Origin: an archaeon
GTDB lineage: Archaea; Aenigmatarchaeota; Aenigmatarchaeia; GW2011-AR5
DNA length: 64,000 nt
Direction: 5' to 3'
NCBI GenBank assembly: GCA_028279825.1
Contig: JANQNA010000006.1
Coordinates: forward strand, 2,771-66,770
Positions 46,562-55,948 of this stretch are shown here, piece by piece (position 1 is the stretch's first letter; every line of letters begins with the position of its first letter). Position numbers and translations under genes: made by a program. A model generated the notes under the pieces. The model was given only the letters and a program-made list of their open reading frames with translations, ran no database searches and was not told the DNA's origin.

Positions 46562-49500
46562 TGAAATATCTGTTAATCGTATTATTGCTGCTTTCTGGCG
46601 TAGCGGCAGCTCACACAGTTACGATGAATTTTGCCGTAAGGATTGAAGACAACGCAAGCAGCACGGTACGTGTTAATGATTCTGATTATACAACTTCTGC
46701 TACATTCACGAATCTTACCAGAGATTACATATCTGTTAACAGATCAAATGTTCTGGCTGCACTTGTGTCAGCGGGCAACATGTTCAATGCACGTATAAAC
46801 ACAAGTTTCTACAAGGATCTTGTAAACGAGACAGTTCTTATGATGCTGCATCTGGATAACAGCACATTAGACTCAAGCCAATATGGGAATTATGTAGTTG
46901 CGCGTAATGGTCTGGATTGTTCTCCAAGTGTGTCAGGTAAACTGAATACTGCGTGTAGCTTTGACGGTTCTGATGATTTCCTTAACAGAACAAAAATACC
47001 TGATATTGAGGGATCGGTGAACTATACTATAGCTATGTGGATCAAGACGGCGGGAGTTATATCAACACTTATTTTTGACTTTTTGGACACGACTGATACG
47101 GACTGGAATAATGGGACACAGTTTAGAATGATGTCCCAAGGTTCGGGAGCAACATCTAATTTGACTTCAAACACAACAACTGTATATTCTACATTAACAG
47201 ATACAAACGAATCTGACTGGGGCGGTACGTTCATTAACATGGCCGCGCAAGGTGCAAACAACGACAACATAACATCCAATAATGTTTCCGGCGAATACGT
47301 GGATACATTTGGTGCTTCTGTATACTCAAACTGGACAAACATAACTGTGAATACAGAAGCTTACTATGGAACTGAAGTTGGAAGAGGTTATGGAGATGGT
47401 GTTGATACAACTTTGCCTTCTGTTAATATGTCTGAATTGATTGGATTATGGCATTTGAATGATCGTGTTGCTGATAGTGAAGGAGAGAATCACGGTCTTG
47501 CGCAGAATGGCGCGCAGATAAACACAAGCGGTAGAATTGGTAATGCTGGTCAGTTTGATGGCGTTGATGACAGGGTTGATATATCATTTTCCGAGTCATT
47601 GAATTTTTCCGGACTGGAAGAGATTTCCATATCTACATGGTTCTGGGCAAAACCAAATCAGGAAGATGCCGATCCTAGACTTGTTAACCAGGGGAATGAA
47701 ATAGTCCTTAGAATTGATGCGGCTAATCAACAAATTGACTGGATTTTGAATAGTTTTGTCGGAACTGATAGAGTTAATTCTTTTTCAGACTCATTTAACT
47801 TTAGTATCTGGAACCATGTAATTGGTACATTCAATGGATCAAATCTAACGATATATATCAATGGGAAATTTGAAAGGTCTGCGAATGTTGGTACCGGTAC
47901 GTATGGTGGTGATTTGAATAGCTGGGCAATAGGATTTAATTCTCCTGGAGTGGGTTATAAACCATTCAACGGTTCAATAGATGATGTTGCAATATACAAT
48001 CGAACACTATCTGCTGGAGAAGTTAATGACTTGTTTGTAAGAGGTAATTCCAGCCTGGATAATAACGTAACATGGGGCAGGGTAGCTTACTGGAAGATGG
48101 ATGAGGATACTTGGTCTGTGAAGGATTCTTCTGGCCAGAATAATAATGGAACATCAATTGATGGCGTTTTGTATAACTCCAGTGCCGTATTTAATTCTTC
48201 CTTGACTTTTGATGGAATTGATGACGTTGTTACGTTACCAGCGAGTCTTATAAATGTCGGAGAGTCAGTGACCATATCTGCATGGTTCAATTCCAATAAC
48301 ATTACTGCGCAGGATGGCATTATAGAAAGTCTGGACAGTTCTTATCACGGATATTACATGGGATTCGAAACCGGGTCTGCAGATCAGGTACGCTGTTATT
48401 TCGAGAACAATGATACTGATTCTTTGACAGTTATAGCAACTACTGTTTTGGAAAACAATAATTGGTATCACACACTTTGCAGTTATGATGGTTCCACTCT
48501 TCGTATTTATTTGAATGGAAACGAACAGGATTCCGGTGCTCTAACAGGAAATATAAGCCTTGGTGAGATTCCAAGAATTGGTGCTTATGATGAAGGTTCT
48601 GACACTAATTTCAACGGTTCTATAGACGAAGTTGCAATTTGGAACAGGACACTTTCTGCAGAGGAAATAAAGAACCTGTACCTACGCGGCGCGTGGAGAT
48701 TGAATCTATCTGTTCGTAGTTGTGATGACTCTGCGTGCAGCGGTGAGAGCTTCGCTCCTGTCACAGATACAAACTTCATGGGTGGGACAGCTTCGCTGTC
48801 TGCTCAGGGCAAGTTTTTCCAGTACAACCTGACTTATGTAAACAAAACAGAAATAAACCTGTCTTCTGACAACCTTACAGTGAATGATGTTACTGTTAAT
48901 CTAAAAAGTGACGTTGTAACAACAGGTCATTTCCTTTCACAGATCTTTGATGCCAATACAACAGTTACGTGGAACAACATAAGTGTCTCAAGTGAAGCGT
49001 ATTATGGTACGGAGGTTGGTAGGGGTTATGGTGACGGTGATGTTGGTTTACCTTCTGTAAATACAACTGGACTGGTAGCTCTGTATCACTTCAACAATGA
49101 AAGTGCCTACAATGAGAATGACACACATGTGTATGATTTTTCCGGGTTTGGTAACAACGGTACAATTGTAAACGATTCATATTATGAATTGAATGACAAA
49201 GTGTTCGGTGCTTCTTCAATAACATTCAGTGGAAATAACAGTTATGTTGATTTCGGGAGTGATATCAACATCAGTGGAATTAGAAACTTTACGATTAGTT
49301 TATGGATTAATCCTGAGACTTGGGATCATGTACGTTTCAATGGTATAATATCCAAAAGGGATAATTTTACTATGGAGTATGACTGGGAAATTTATTATGA
49401 TAATGCCACTAGGGAGATAAGGATGGGTATTGGTCCTGGTCCTGCTGAATGGCTCTTTCTTAATGATGATGTTAATCCTTCTACAGGTGTGTGGCATCAC

Positions 49501-50637
49501 TTAGCTGTTGTAAAGTCAAACTACTCATATACACTGTATCTTGATGGGGTTAACCTATCATCCGATTCAAGTACTGTGACCATACCGTTTAGTAGTGCTA
49601 GTGTTAGACTCGGTACTGTATCCGATGTGTCAACTTTTCCTCCTTTAACTTTCAATGGTTCGATAGATGAGGTTAGCATTTGGAATCGTTCTCTGAGTGT
49701 AGCAGAAATTCGTAACTTATATTTGCGTGGAGTGGCTAGACTTAATCTTTCAGTCAGAGGCTGTGATGATGATGCTTGCTCTGGTGAAGTTTTCACATCT
49801 GTAACAAACACAAGTTTCATGGGTGGCTTAGCTACGCTAAGCCTTGCACAGAACCGCTACTTCCAGTACAATCTGAGTTATGTAAACAATACTCCTTTTA
49901 ACGGGAGTTCTTCTGTCACGGTAAACGATGCCGTGGTTGGCTATACTTCAAGCGGTACAAATGCGTCCGGTTTATTCACACAACATTTTGGTACATCAAA
50001 TATAATTGATATATATCTGGATAGTAGTGGTTACCTGAACTATTATACCTACCAGGGTGGTGCTGCTGATGTTGCCGATTCAACGGGTCTGTACGATGAT
50101 AACTGGCATCATGTAGCTGTTACAAAATCAGGTACCACGGGTACAATATACGTTGACGGAAGCAGCAGAGCATCTGACACAGTTGCAAGTGTTACTGGCA
50201 CAGGGGAAATAGTTATAGGAACCAGATGGGATCAATCAGATCCGTTTAGCGGTACTATTGATGAAGTAATTGTGTATAACCGAAGCCTATCAGCTTCTGA
50301 AGTAAACAATCTTTACAGATACAACCCTTATTATGTACTTACACAGATTACACAGGACAGCAAAGATAACAGATTCCTGGCGACAGTGACGAATGCAACT
50401 TATCTTGATGTTGAGGACAGATTCAGCATGATTGACATTGCCAGAATGGTCTCTACAACATTTGGTAACTTTGCTGTCAATATACCGGAAAGGTACCCGA
50501 TAATTCTTAGATTAGAGTATGATGATATTGACATAGAAGGCAATCTTCTTTGGTCCGGTTTAGGTGATCTTATAATGAAGAATAATGGACTCAATACAAG
50601 AGAACTTCCAAGGGTAGGAATAGGATTAGTGAGATAG
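46558..50637 (+). CDS. Large (1359 aa) secreted protein with at least 4 LamG-like (Laminin_G_3 / concanavalin A-like lectin) domains
   Basis: Signal MMKYLLIVLLLLSGVAAA. The hallmark FDGxDDxV...GSIDEVAIWNRTLSAEEIKNLY recurs. Variants: GSIDDVAIYNRTLSAGEVNDLF, GSIDEVSIWNRSLSVAEIRNLY, GTIDEVIVYNRSLSASEVNNLY. Dense N-x-S/T sequons. Confidence 0.8.
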   Translation: MMKYLLIVLLLLSGVAAAHTVTMNFAVRIEDNASSTVRVNDSDYTTSATFTNLTRDYISVNRSNVLAALVSAGNMFNARINTSFYKDLVNETVLMMLHLDNSTLDSSQYGNYVVARNGLDCSPSVSGKLNTACSFDGSDDFLNRTKIPDIEGSVNYTIAMWIKTAGVISTLIFDFLDTTDTDWNNGTQFRMMSQGSGATSNLTSNTTTVYSTLTDTNESDWGGTFINMAAQGANNDNITSNNVSGEYVDTFGASVYSNWTNITVNTEAYYGTEVGRGYGDGVDTTLPSVNMSELIGLWHLNDRVADSEGENHGLAQNGAQINTSGRIGNAGQFDGVDDRVDISFSESLNFSGLEEISISTWFWAKPNQEDADPRLVNQGNEIVLRIDAANQQIDWILNSFVGTDRVNSFSDSFNFSIWNHVIGTFNGSNLTIYINGKFERSANVGTGTYGGDLNSWAIGFNSPGVGYKPFNGSIDDVAIYNRTLSAGEVNDLFVRGNSSLDNNVTWGRVAYWKMDEDTWSVKDSSGQNNNGTSIDGVLYNSSAVFNSSLTFDGIDDVVTLPASLINVGESVTISAWFNSNNITAQDGIIESLDSSYHGYYMGFETGSADQVRCYFENNDTDSLTVIATTVLENNNWYHTLCSYDGSTLRIYLNGNEQDSGALTGNISLGEIPRIGAYDEGSDTNFNGSIDEVAIWNRTLSAEEIKNLYLRGAWRLNLSVRSCDDSACSGESFAPVTDTNFMGGTASLSAQGKFFQYNLTYVNKTEINLSSDNLTVNDVTVNLKSDVVTTGHFLSQIFDANTTVTWNNISVSSEAYYGTEVGRGYGDGDVGLPSVNTTGLVALYHFNNESAYNENDTHVYDFSGFGNNGTIVNDSYYELNDKVFGASSITFSGNNSYVDFGSDINISGIRNFTISLWINPETWDHVRFNGIISKRDNFTMEYDWEIYYDNATREIRMGIGPGPAEWLFLNDDVNPSTGVWHHLAVVKSNYSYTLYLDGVNLSSDSSTVTIPFSSASVRLGTVSDVSTFPPLTFNGSIDEVSIWNRSLSVAEIRNLYLRGVARLNLSVRGCDDDACSGEVFTSVTNTSFMGGLATLSLAQNRYFQYNLSYVNNTPFNGSSSVTVNDAVVGYTSSGTNASGLFTQHFGTSNIIDIYLDSSGYLNYYTYQGGAADVADSTGLYDDNWHHVAVTKSGTTGTIYVDGSSRASDTVASVTGTGEIVIGTRWDQSDPFSGTIDEVIVYNRSLSASEVNNLYRYNPYYVLTQITQDSKDNRFLATVTNATYLDVEDRFSMIDIARMVSTTFGNFAVNIPERYPIILRLEYDDIDIEGNLLWSGLGDLIMKNNGLNTRELPRVGIGLVR

Positions 50638-51114
50638 ATGAAAGGTAAAAAAATAAACAGACGCTTTGCGTCAAGGAGAGGTCAATCTGTGCTGCTTAGC
50701 CATGCAATACTTGTAGGATTCTCTATCTTTTTGATCTATGCAGTCACAACTACGTTTGTGTCGCTACGCGATGATTATCAGGAGTTCATAGGCGGAAACG
50801 AGATAAAACAGCTTTGTTTTGTGATGAACGGGGCAATAGAGAAAATTTACAACCAGCCGGAAGGCAATCTTTCTACTTACACGTTACTCGGATCTTTGGA
50901 GGTCCGTATGCCGGAAAAGATAGTAGATGTTAACTACAGAGCCAAGTTCATTAACAGATCAATTTTGATTGAGTCTATAGGTGACATTTTCAATGATACA
51001 TGTACCGTTGGATACGAGGCTAACTATAATGGTTCTACAGTTGGAGGGCTTACGAGACTTTCTTATTACAGGGCCTCTAACGGGACAAACGTGATAGAGA
51101 TGGTGCGGATATGA
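50638..51114 (+). CDS. Pilin-like protein with class III signal peptide (minor pilin candidate)
   Basis: MKGKKINRRFASRRGQSVLLSHAILVGFSIFLIYAV: a basic leader ending in RG, then a hydrophobic helix (prepilin peptidase site [KR]G|). It starts 1 nt after the LamG gene stop. Confidence 0.5.
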   Translation: MKGKKINRRFASRRGQSVLLSHAILVGFSIFLIYAVTTTFVSLRDDYQEFIGGNEIKQLCFVMNGAIEKIYNQPEGNLSTYTLLGSLEVRMPEKIVDVNYRAKFINRSILIESIGDIFNDTCTVGYEANYNGSTVGGLTRLSYYRASNGTNVIEMVRI

Positions 51115-52553
51115 GAAAGGGTTTTGTGCAGACTGATTACATAATAGCTATTGGGGTGTTTCTTGTAGTTTTTGCTATAGTTGCACAGTATGTGACAAAC
51201 TTCTTTGCTGATGTAACTCAAACAACGGATATAAGACTGATGACCAGCGAAGCGACTAGTCTTCTTTCAATAGCACAAGGTGATTATGTGCCAGGCGAAT
51301 GGCCTTATACAACACCAAACAGTTCTGTAATCTTCCAATTGCACTTGGATAACAGTACGCTTGATTCTGGTATATATGGCAACAATGGTACAATAAGCGG
51401 TGCAAATTGTTCTGTGAGTGTTCAAGGCAGAATCGGTGGTGCATGTGAGTTTGACGGACTATCACACATCACAATCAATGATTATACTTTGCTTAATGGT
51501 TCGAGTGAAATTACAGTGGGTGCGTGGATCTATATTGTTGACAGGACCGCTTATGATGGTATAATCTATCATTACACGTCTAATGCATTTGGTGGTTTAT
51601 CATTGAATGATGTAGCCACAGAGACTGTAAGGTTTGATGTCAAGACTAATAGAACAGGTTATATTGGACTTGGTAGTGGTAGCATCAATGTTTCTCTTAA
51701 CAAATGGCATCATATCGTTGGTACTTATCGAGACGGTGAGACAGCAAAACTTTATGTTGATGGTCGGCTTGCCGGAGAAAGTAGTGTATGGACCGGACAC
51801 ATTTGGCAGGACGACAACTTCAAGATTGGCTGGGATGATGCGTCCGCCATTAGAAGATTCAATGGTTCTATTGATCAAGTTTTTGTTTATAATAGATCAA
51901 TTTCTTCGGAGGAAATTTACAGAATCTATGCACATGAAAGTCTGTTAAAGCGTATTGGATTTTACAGTAAGGCCTATAGAATGAAGATAAGGGTGAACAA
52001 TACTCAGACACACCAAAGAAATCAAAGTGCGCCGTTAGGTGACATTGCAAGTGAACTGGTTGTATTCAACTATACAACTTTTGGAATAGTTCCTGATGTT
52101 GGATCTACAAAAGTTTATGATGCTAATGACAATCTTGTTGATTACAGTATATCTGGTAATGAAATCAGATTCAACTTTACTATAAGTGAGAATGATTCAA
52201 AGGACTTTACTGTTTACTTTGATGAAGATTCAAGCTTTGCGGAGCAAAGTTCATCTGTGACAGGCGTAGATAACGTTACAGACAAAATATATCCGATAGA
52301 TGAAATCTCTATAGTCCAGTTTAACAAGTTCAACTACTTACGGAATGCGAACTATACACTAATCAAAAATGCAACAGGTCTTCCGCAGGATTTCAGGATA
52401 AGTCTGACCGATTCACAAACAAGTTCACTTATCTTTGAGTTTGGCCCGACTCCGCCGCCTAGCGGAAACATTGTGGCATTTCGTAAGTTTGTATTATACC
52501 AGAATGCTACGGCATCTGTGAGGAAGGGGTCAATAACGTTCCAGGTGTGGTAA
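51111..52553 (+). CDS. Pilin-like N-terminus fused to a LamG lectin domain (putative pilus-tip or minor-pilin adhesin)
   Basis: MRKGFVQTDYIIAIGVFLVVFAIVA is a class III-like signal. LamG signature FDGLSHITINDYTLLNGSSEITVGAWIYI...GSIDQVFVYNRSISSEEIYRIY. Overlaps the previous gene by 4 nt. Confidence 0.6.
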   Translation: MRKGFVQTDYIIAIGVFLVVFAIVAQYVTNFFADVTQTTDIRLMTSEATSLLSIAQGDYVPGEWPYTTPNSSVIFQLHLDNSTLDSGIYGNNGTISGANCSVSVQGRIGGACEFDGLSHITINDYTLLNGSSEITVGAWIYIVDRTAYDGIIYHYTSNAFGGLSLNDVATETVRFDVKTNRTGYIGLGSGSINVSLNKWHHIVGTYRDGETAKLYVDGRLAGESSVWTGHIWQDDNFKIGWDDASAIRRFNGSIDQVFVYNRSISSEEIYRIYAHESLLKRIGFYSKAYRMKIRVNNTQTHQRNQSAPLGDIASELVVFNYTTFGIVPDVGSTKVYDANDNLVDYSISGNEIRFNFTISENDSKDFTVYFDEDSSFAEQSSSVTGVDNVTDKIYPIDEISIVQFNKFNYLRNANYTLIKNATGLPQDFRISLTDSQTSSLIFEFGPTPPPSGNIVAFRKFVLYQNATASVRKGSITFQVW

Positions 52554-52946
52554 ATGAAAGGATACATATACACGATAGAAGTTTTGCTGGCACTTTCATT
52601 AGTGTTAGTAATGATTGTTTTCATATTCAGCAGTACACCTGAGCAGCCTGAAACAAGTTTAGTGGTGATAAAGCAGACCGGTTATGATGCGTTGCATTAT
52701 CTGGATCAGACAGGTATGCTAAGAGATGCTGTTAGCAGAGAAGCCTATGGTGAGATAGCAGCAAACGTGACGGAAATGATGCCAAACAGCATCAAGTCAG
52801 ATGTTGCTATATGTACTGCTACGTTCTGTGAATCGTTTAAGATACCGGTTAACAGAACCATTGTTGCTGTCGATTATTATGTGTCCGGATATGAACAACA
52901 GTATCTTGAAAAGAAAGTGAGGTTATGGTTATGGCCAAGGTTCTAG
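52554..52946 (+). CDS. Pilin-like protein (130 aa) with class III-type N-terminus
   Basis: MKGYIYTIEVLLALSLVLVMIVFIF has KG then a hydrophobic helix with Glu at +6, resembling type IV pilins. It starts 1 nt after the previous stop. Confidence 0.45.
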   Translation: MKGYIYTIEVLLALSLVLVMIVFIFSSTPEQPETSLVVIKQTGYDALHYLDQTGMLRDAVSREAYGEIAANVTEMMPNSIKSDVAICTATFCESFKIPVNRTIVAVDYYVSGYEQQYLEKKVRLWLWPRF

Positions 52947-52953
52947 ACCGATC

Positions 52954-52999
52954 TTTTTCTTCAGAAGAAAAAGCTAGGTATCCCAAAAAGAACTTATTA
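52954..52999. promoter_or_regulatory. Conserved 44-bp intergenic motif, copy 2 (see 21727-21770). It is followed by the CTTAAGGG-flanked palindrome at 53014-53054.
   Basis: tttttcttcagaagaaaaagctaggtatcccaaaaagaacttatta. It is followed by cttaagggttttctttttcctaaaaagaaaaagcttaaggg. Confidence 0.5.
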
Positions 53000-53056
53000 T
53001 TTTTCTTTTACCTTAAGGGTTTTCTTTTTCCTAAAAAGAAAAAGCTTAAGGGTCAG

Positions 53057-53656
53057 ATGTTTCTGATAGCGTCAATCTTCATGATACTCGGGTTTGTTTT
53101 ACTCAGGAGTCTGCTAACTTTGCCGGAAATAACCCAGGAAAAGACAATACAGGATACACTTTACCTGGACCGTACTATTGACAATATTGTCACAGAATAC
53201 AACTATCTAACCGGCCTTGCTTCACTGCACTCAGATGTAAACGGCTCGGCCATTGATTACTTTTACAATTTCACAAAGTATATTAGATCAGAAGTGGACA
53301 GTCAGATACTTTATGTGTTTATCTATGCAAATGAATCTAGCAACTTTTCCGTTACCATGGGTAACTTTTTACAGGGCAACATGTCAGGTACGATAAATTT
53401 TACGGGTGCAACGCCTAACGGAGTTGTATTCTCTCTGAACGATACAAAAGATGTGACTTATCATTTTGAGGGCTCGGGATGGACAAATACCACGCTTAAC
53501 TATACTATCGGAAATACCTGGGTTCTGGACAAATTTGCTTTCAACAGTTCGGGTAACTATGTCAAGGGATTCTTTGACATAAGTCTGGATGATGGAGGAT
53601 TTTTTGTCAGGTCAAAAAGCACGTACAACAGGACCTGGACAAATGAGACGTGGTAA
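53057..53656 (+). CDS. N-terminally membrane-anchored extracytoplasmic protein. The start is ambiguous, since the longest ORF begins at 52925.
   Basis: From the Met at 53057 it reads MFLIASIFMILGFVLLRSLL... (signal anchor). The longer ORF from 52925 would add a leader ending ...KKKKLKG|QMFLIAS (class III-like). That extension runs through the conserved non-coding-looking motif, so the shorter start is preferred. Confidence 0.4.
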   Translation: MFLIASIFMILGFVLLRSLLTLPEITQEKTIQDTLYLDRTIDNIVTEYNYLTGLASLHSDVNGSAIDYFYNFTKYIRSEVDSQILYVFIYANESSNFSVTMGNFLQGNMSGTINFTGATPNGVVFSLNDTKDVTYHFEGSGWTNTTLNYTIGNTWVLDKFAFNSSGNYVKGFFDISLDDGGFFVRSKSTYNRTWTNETW

Positions 53657-54348
53657 GAATGAGTAATCTATTATCTGCAGCAGTACTTCTCCTGATATCA
53701 ATAATAGCTATTGCACTTGTACTAGGCATGGGACTGCCAGTAATCAACTCAGCCAGGGAAGCTGCTGAACTTCAGGGAGCTGAAGCCGATTTGCACTTTA
53801 TAGATACATACGTGAGGACGGTGGCACGTGAAGGCAAAGATTCTGTGCGTATCTTCAGCTTTACAAGCTCGAAGATGTTTGAGAGCATACCGGGCGAGGA
53901 TGCCATACAATATTCAATGGAGACCCAGACAAATTTCTTGGACTACCTGACAAGAAGTTTCTCAGGGAGCTTTGCCTATATTGCAGGCAGCAATGTGGAC
54001 TGCATAGAAAAAGACGGTGACGGGGACGGTGTGGTTGATCTTGTAGCCGAGAATGACAAGCTGAGAGTAGTTTTCAAGAAAATCAGCGGAACGGTTGATA
54101 CGGGCGAGGTTATCAGCCAGATGGTACGGAAGTTTGACAACACAACTGTTTATGTCGGAAATTCTTCTATAGTCATAGATGAGAATCCGTCTACGTCTGT
54201 TGGTTCAGGTTATACGGAGATTTCAAAACACGGTTATGAGCTTCCGCTGTGCCAGATTCACGTGGCTGTTGAAGGTATTATTGATTATGACGTTTTCTAC
54301 AAATTGTATGCAGGCGCGGACTTTATTGTAACGGAAGTTAGGATATAG
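53650..54348 (+). CDS. N-terminally membrane-anchored extracytoplasmic protein (hypothetical), last gene of the LamG/pilin-like operon
   Basis: MVRMSNLLSAAVLLLISIIAIALVLGMGLPV hydrophobic N-terminus. Overlaps the previous gene by 7 nt. Confidence 0.4.
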   Translation: MVRMSNLLSAAVLLLISIIAIALVLGMGLPVINSAREAAELQGAEADLHFIDTYVRTVAREGKDSVRIFSFTSSKMFESIPGEDAIQYSMETQTNFLDYLTRSFSGSFAYIAGSNVDCIEKDGDGDGVVDLVAENDKLRVVFKKISGTVDTGEVISQMVRKFDNTTVYVGNSSIVIDENPSTSVGSGYTEISKHGYELPLCQIHVAVEGIIDYDVFYKLYAGADFIVTEVRI

Positions 54349-54353
54349 TTCTT

Positions 54354-54815
54354 TTAGGTACATTTTGGTGTACCGTCAAATGTATCAGATATGCCACCAC
54401 AGTTTGTTGTGACTATGACTTTTGAGAAGGATGTCGGGCAAACTGAGGCAGATACGTTTGTCAGGTAGATTGTTCGTATAGCGCCAGGCGTAAAATCTGT
54501 GACCACAGAGAAGCCTGTGGAGAAGTTTCCTCCGGTTGTGTTGAACATCTGAGCGCTATTGATAGTCAAATCAGAAAATCCGGTGTTTTTCGCAATAACT
54601 CTGGCGGAACCGTTCAATGTGCCCCCGGCTGTTATGTAAACATCTTCTATGCTTATTTGAGAGTTAGAACAACCTACTGCTTCGGTTGTTTTATTGGAAA
54701 CAGTATCAGTTGTGTTTCTTGTCAGCGTAGAGAACCAGCCCATGATCAATGTGGCAATGGCAACAGTGAAAGCTATAAGCAATACTGCTGCTATCAGCGG
54801 GGAGATTCCTTTCAT
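54354..54815 (-). CDS. Archaeal type IV pilin (class III signal peptide; Pilin_N/DUF361-like)
   Basis: MKGISPLIAAVLLIAFTVAIATLIMGW... 153 aa with a Thr/Ser/Asn-rich beta domain and two Cys near the C-terminus (CGG...C). Confidence 0.75.
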   Translation of the reverse strand: MKGISPLIAAVLLIAFTVAIATLIMGWFSTLTRNTTDTVSNKTTEAVGCSNSQISIEDVYITAGGTLNGSARVIAKNTGFSDLTINSAQMFNTTGGNFSTGFSVVTDFTPGAIRTIYLTNVSASVCPTSFSKVIVTTNCGGISDTFDGTPKCT

Positions 54816-54872
54816 GTTTATTACCTTAGTTTGGCAGATTATAAAGATTCTGCCGAATCTTAATCTTTTTTA

Positions 54873-55328
54873 TTATATACACTTGGGTGTCCTGTCAAAT
54901 GTGTCCGTCACTCCTCCGCAATTGGACGTTGCAACTACCTTTGAAAAGTCTGACGGGCATGTACCTATGGAAGCATTGTAGAGTCTGATGTTCGCTATCT
55001 GACCTTTTGCGAAGTTAGGTACCGACGTGAAGCCTGTTGAGGTGTTATGGCCTGTTTTGTTGAATACCTGGACATCTTGAATATCAATAGGCCCGAATCC
55101 GGTATTCTGTATAACAACCGTGACAGTCGCGTTGTTGCTTGATTCGACGAAGACTTCTTTTATGGACAATCTTGCGTCGGCACATCCAACAGCTGTTGTA
55201 GTATGATTAGTAATAGAAGACGTTGTTGAACGGGCGGTACTTGAATACCAGCCCATAATTAGTGTAGCGATTGCTACAGTGAAGGCCATCAGCATTACTG
55301 CTGCTATAAGTGGCGATATTCCCCTCAT
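54873..55328 (-). CDS. Archaeal type IV pilin (paralog)
   Basis: MRGISPLIAAVMLMAFTVAIATLIMGW... 151 aa, colinear with the 54354 pilin, including the C-terminal ...SNCGGVTDTFDRTPKCI. Confidence 0.75.
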   Translation of the reverse strand: MRGISPLIAAVMLMAFTVAIATLIMGWYSSTARSTTSSITNHTTTAVGCADARLSIKEVFVESSNNATVTVVIQNTGFGPIDIQDVQVFNKTGHNTSTGFTSVPNFAKGQIANIRLYNASIGTCPSDFSKVVATSNCGGVTDTFDRTPKCI

Positions 55329-55489
55329 TAAGAACTAATTGCAGAAGTCCAGTATATATAACTTGCCCAAGATATCTTGGGTTATGTTTATACGAGGAGA
55401 ATTTCCATTCTCCTGTATAGCATAATCCAAAATTTGCATAGATTTTTAATTGGATTATGTTTATATACTCCTTAAACAATAGTTAATTC

Positions 55490-55915
55490 ATGAAGGGAGT
55501 ATCACCTTTGATTGCGGCGGTTCTTCTTATTGCTGTGACAATGGCTATCGCTGGTGTTATGGCTACGTGGGCTACAACTTTTACATCAGGCAGGATAGGT
55601 GAATCCAGTGCAGGCGCAAATTGTATAGGCTCACTGGATATAAGTTCTCTAACATTTTCTAACCAGACACTTTCTCTGAAGATAAGGAATGTTGCAGACA
55701 GGATAAACATGACTGATATAAGAGCATTGATAGAGTATCAGGATGTTTCGAAGAATACAGAGATAAACATAGCGAATTTCAACGCAACAGATCCACTTCC
55801 ACCCGGTGCAACAACGTGGTTGGTGTATGACACAGGCGGCACGGAAAAGCCGGTAAAGGTAGAGATACTTGCACAAAACTGTCTGAAGTATCCGGCAACA
55901 CTGTATTTCCGCTAA
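55490..55915 (+). CDS. Archaeal type IV pilin (paralog)
   Basis: MKGVSPLIAAVLLIAVTMAIAGVMATW... 141 aa. Confidence 0.75.
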   Translation: MKGVSPLIAAVLLIAVTMAIAGVMATWATTFTSGRIGESSAGANCIGSLDISSLTFSNQTLSLKIRNVADRINMTDIRALIEYQDVSKNTEINIANFNATDPLPPGATTWLVYDTGGTEKPVKVEILAQNCLKYPATLYFR

Positions 55916-55948
55916 ATCAATAAATATGCCTGCAAACAGTAAGATAGT

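Noticed and set aside
52925-53056. Long start for gene 53057 giving a Lys-rich class III-like leader
   Set aside because: Not fully rejected. It is de-prioritised because the region is palindromic, AT-rich and conserved with a clearly non-coding copy of the same motif at 21727-21770.
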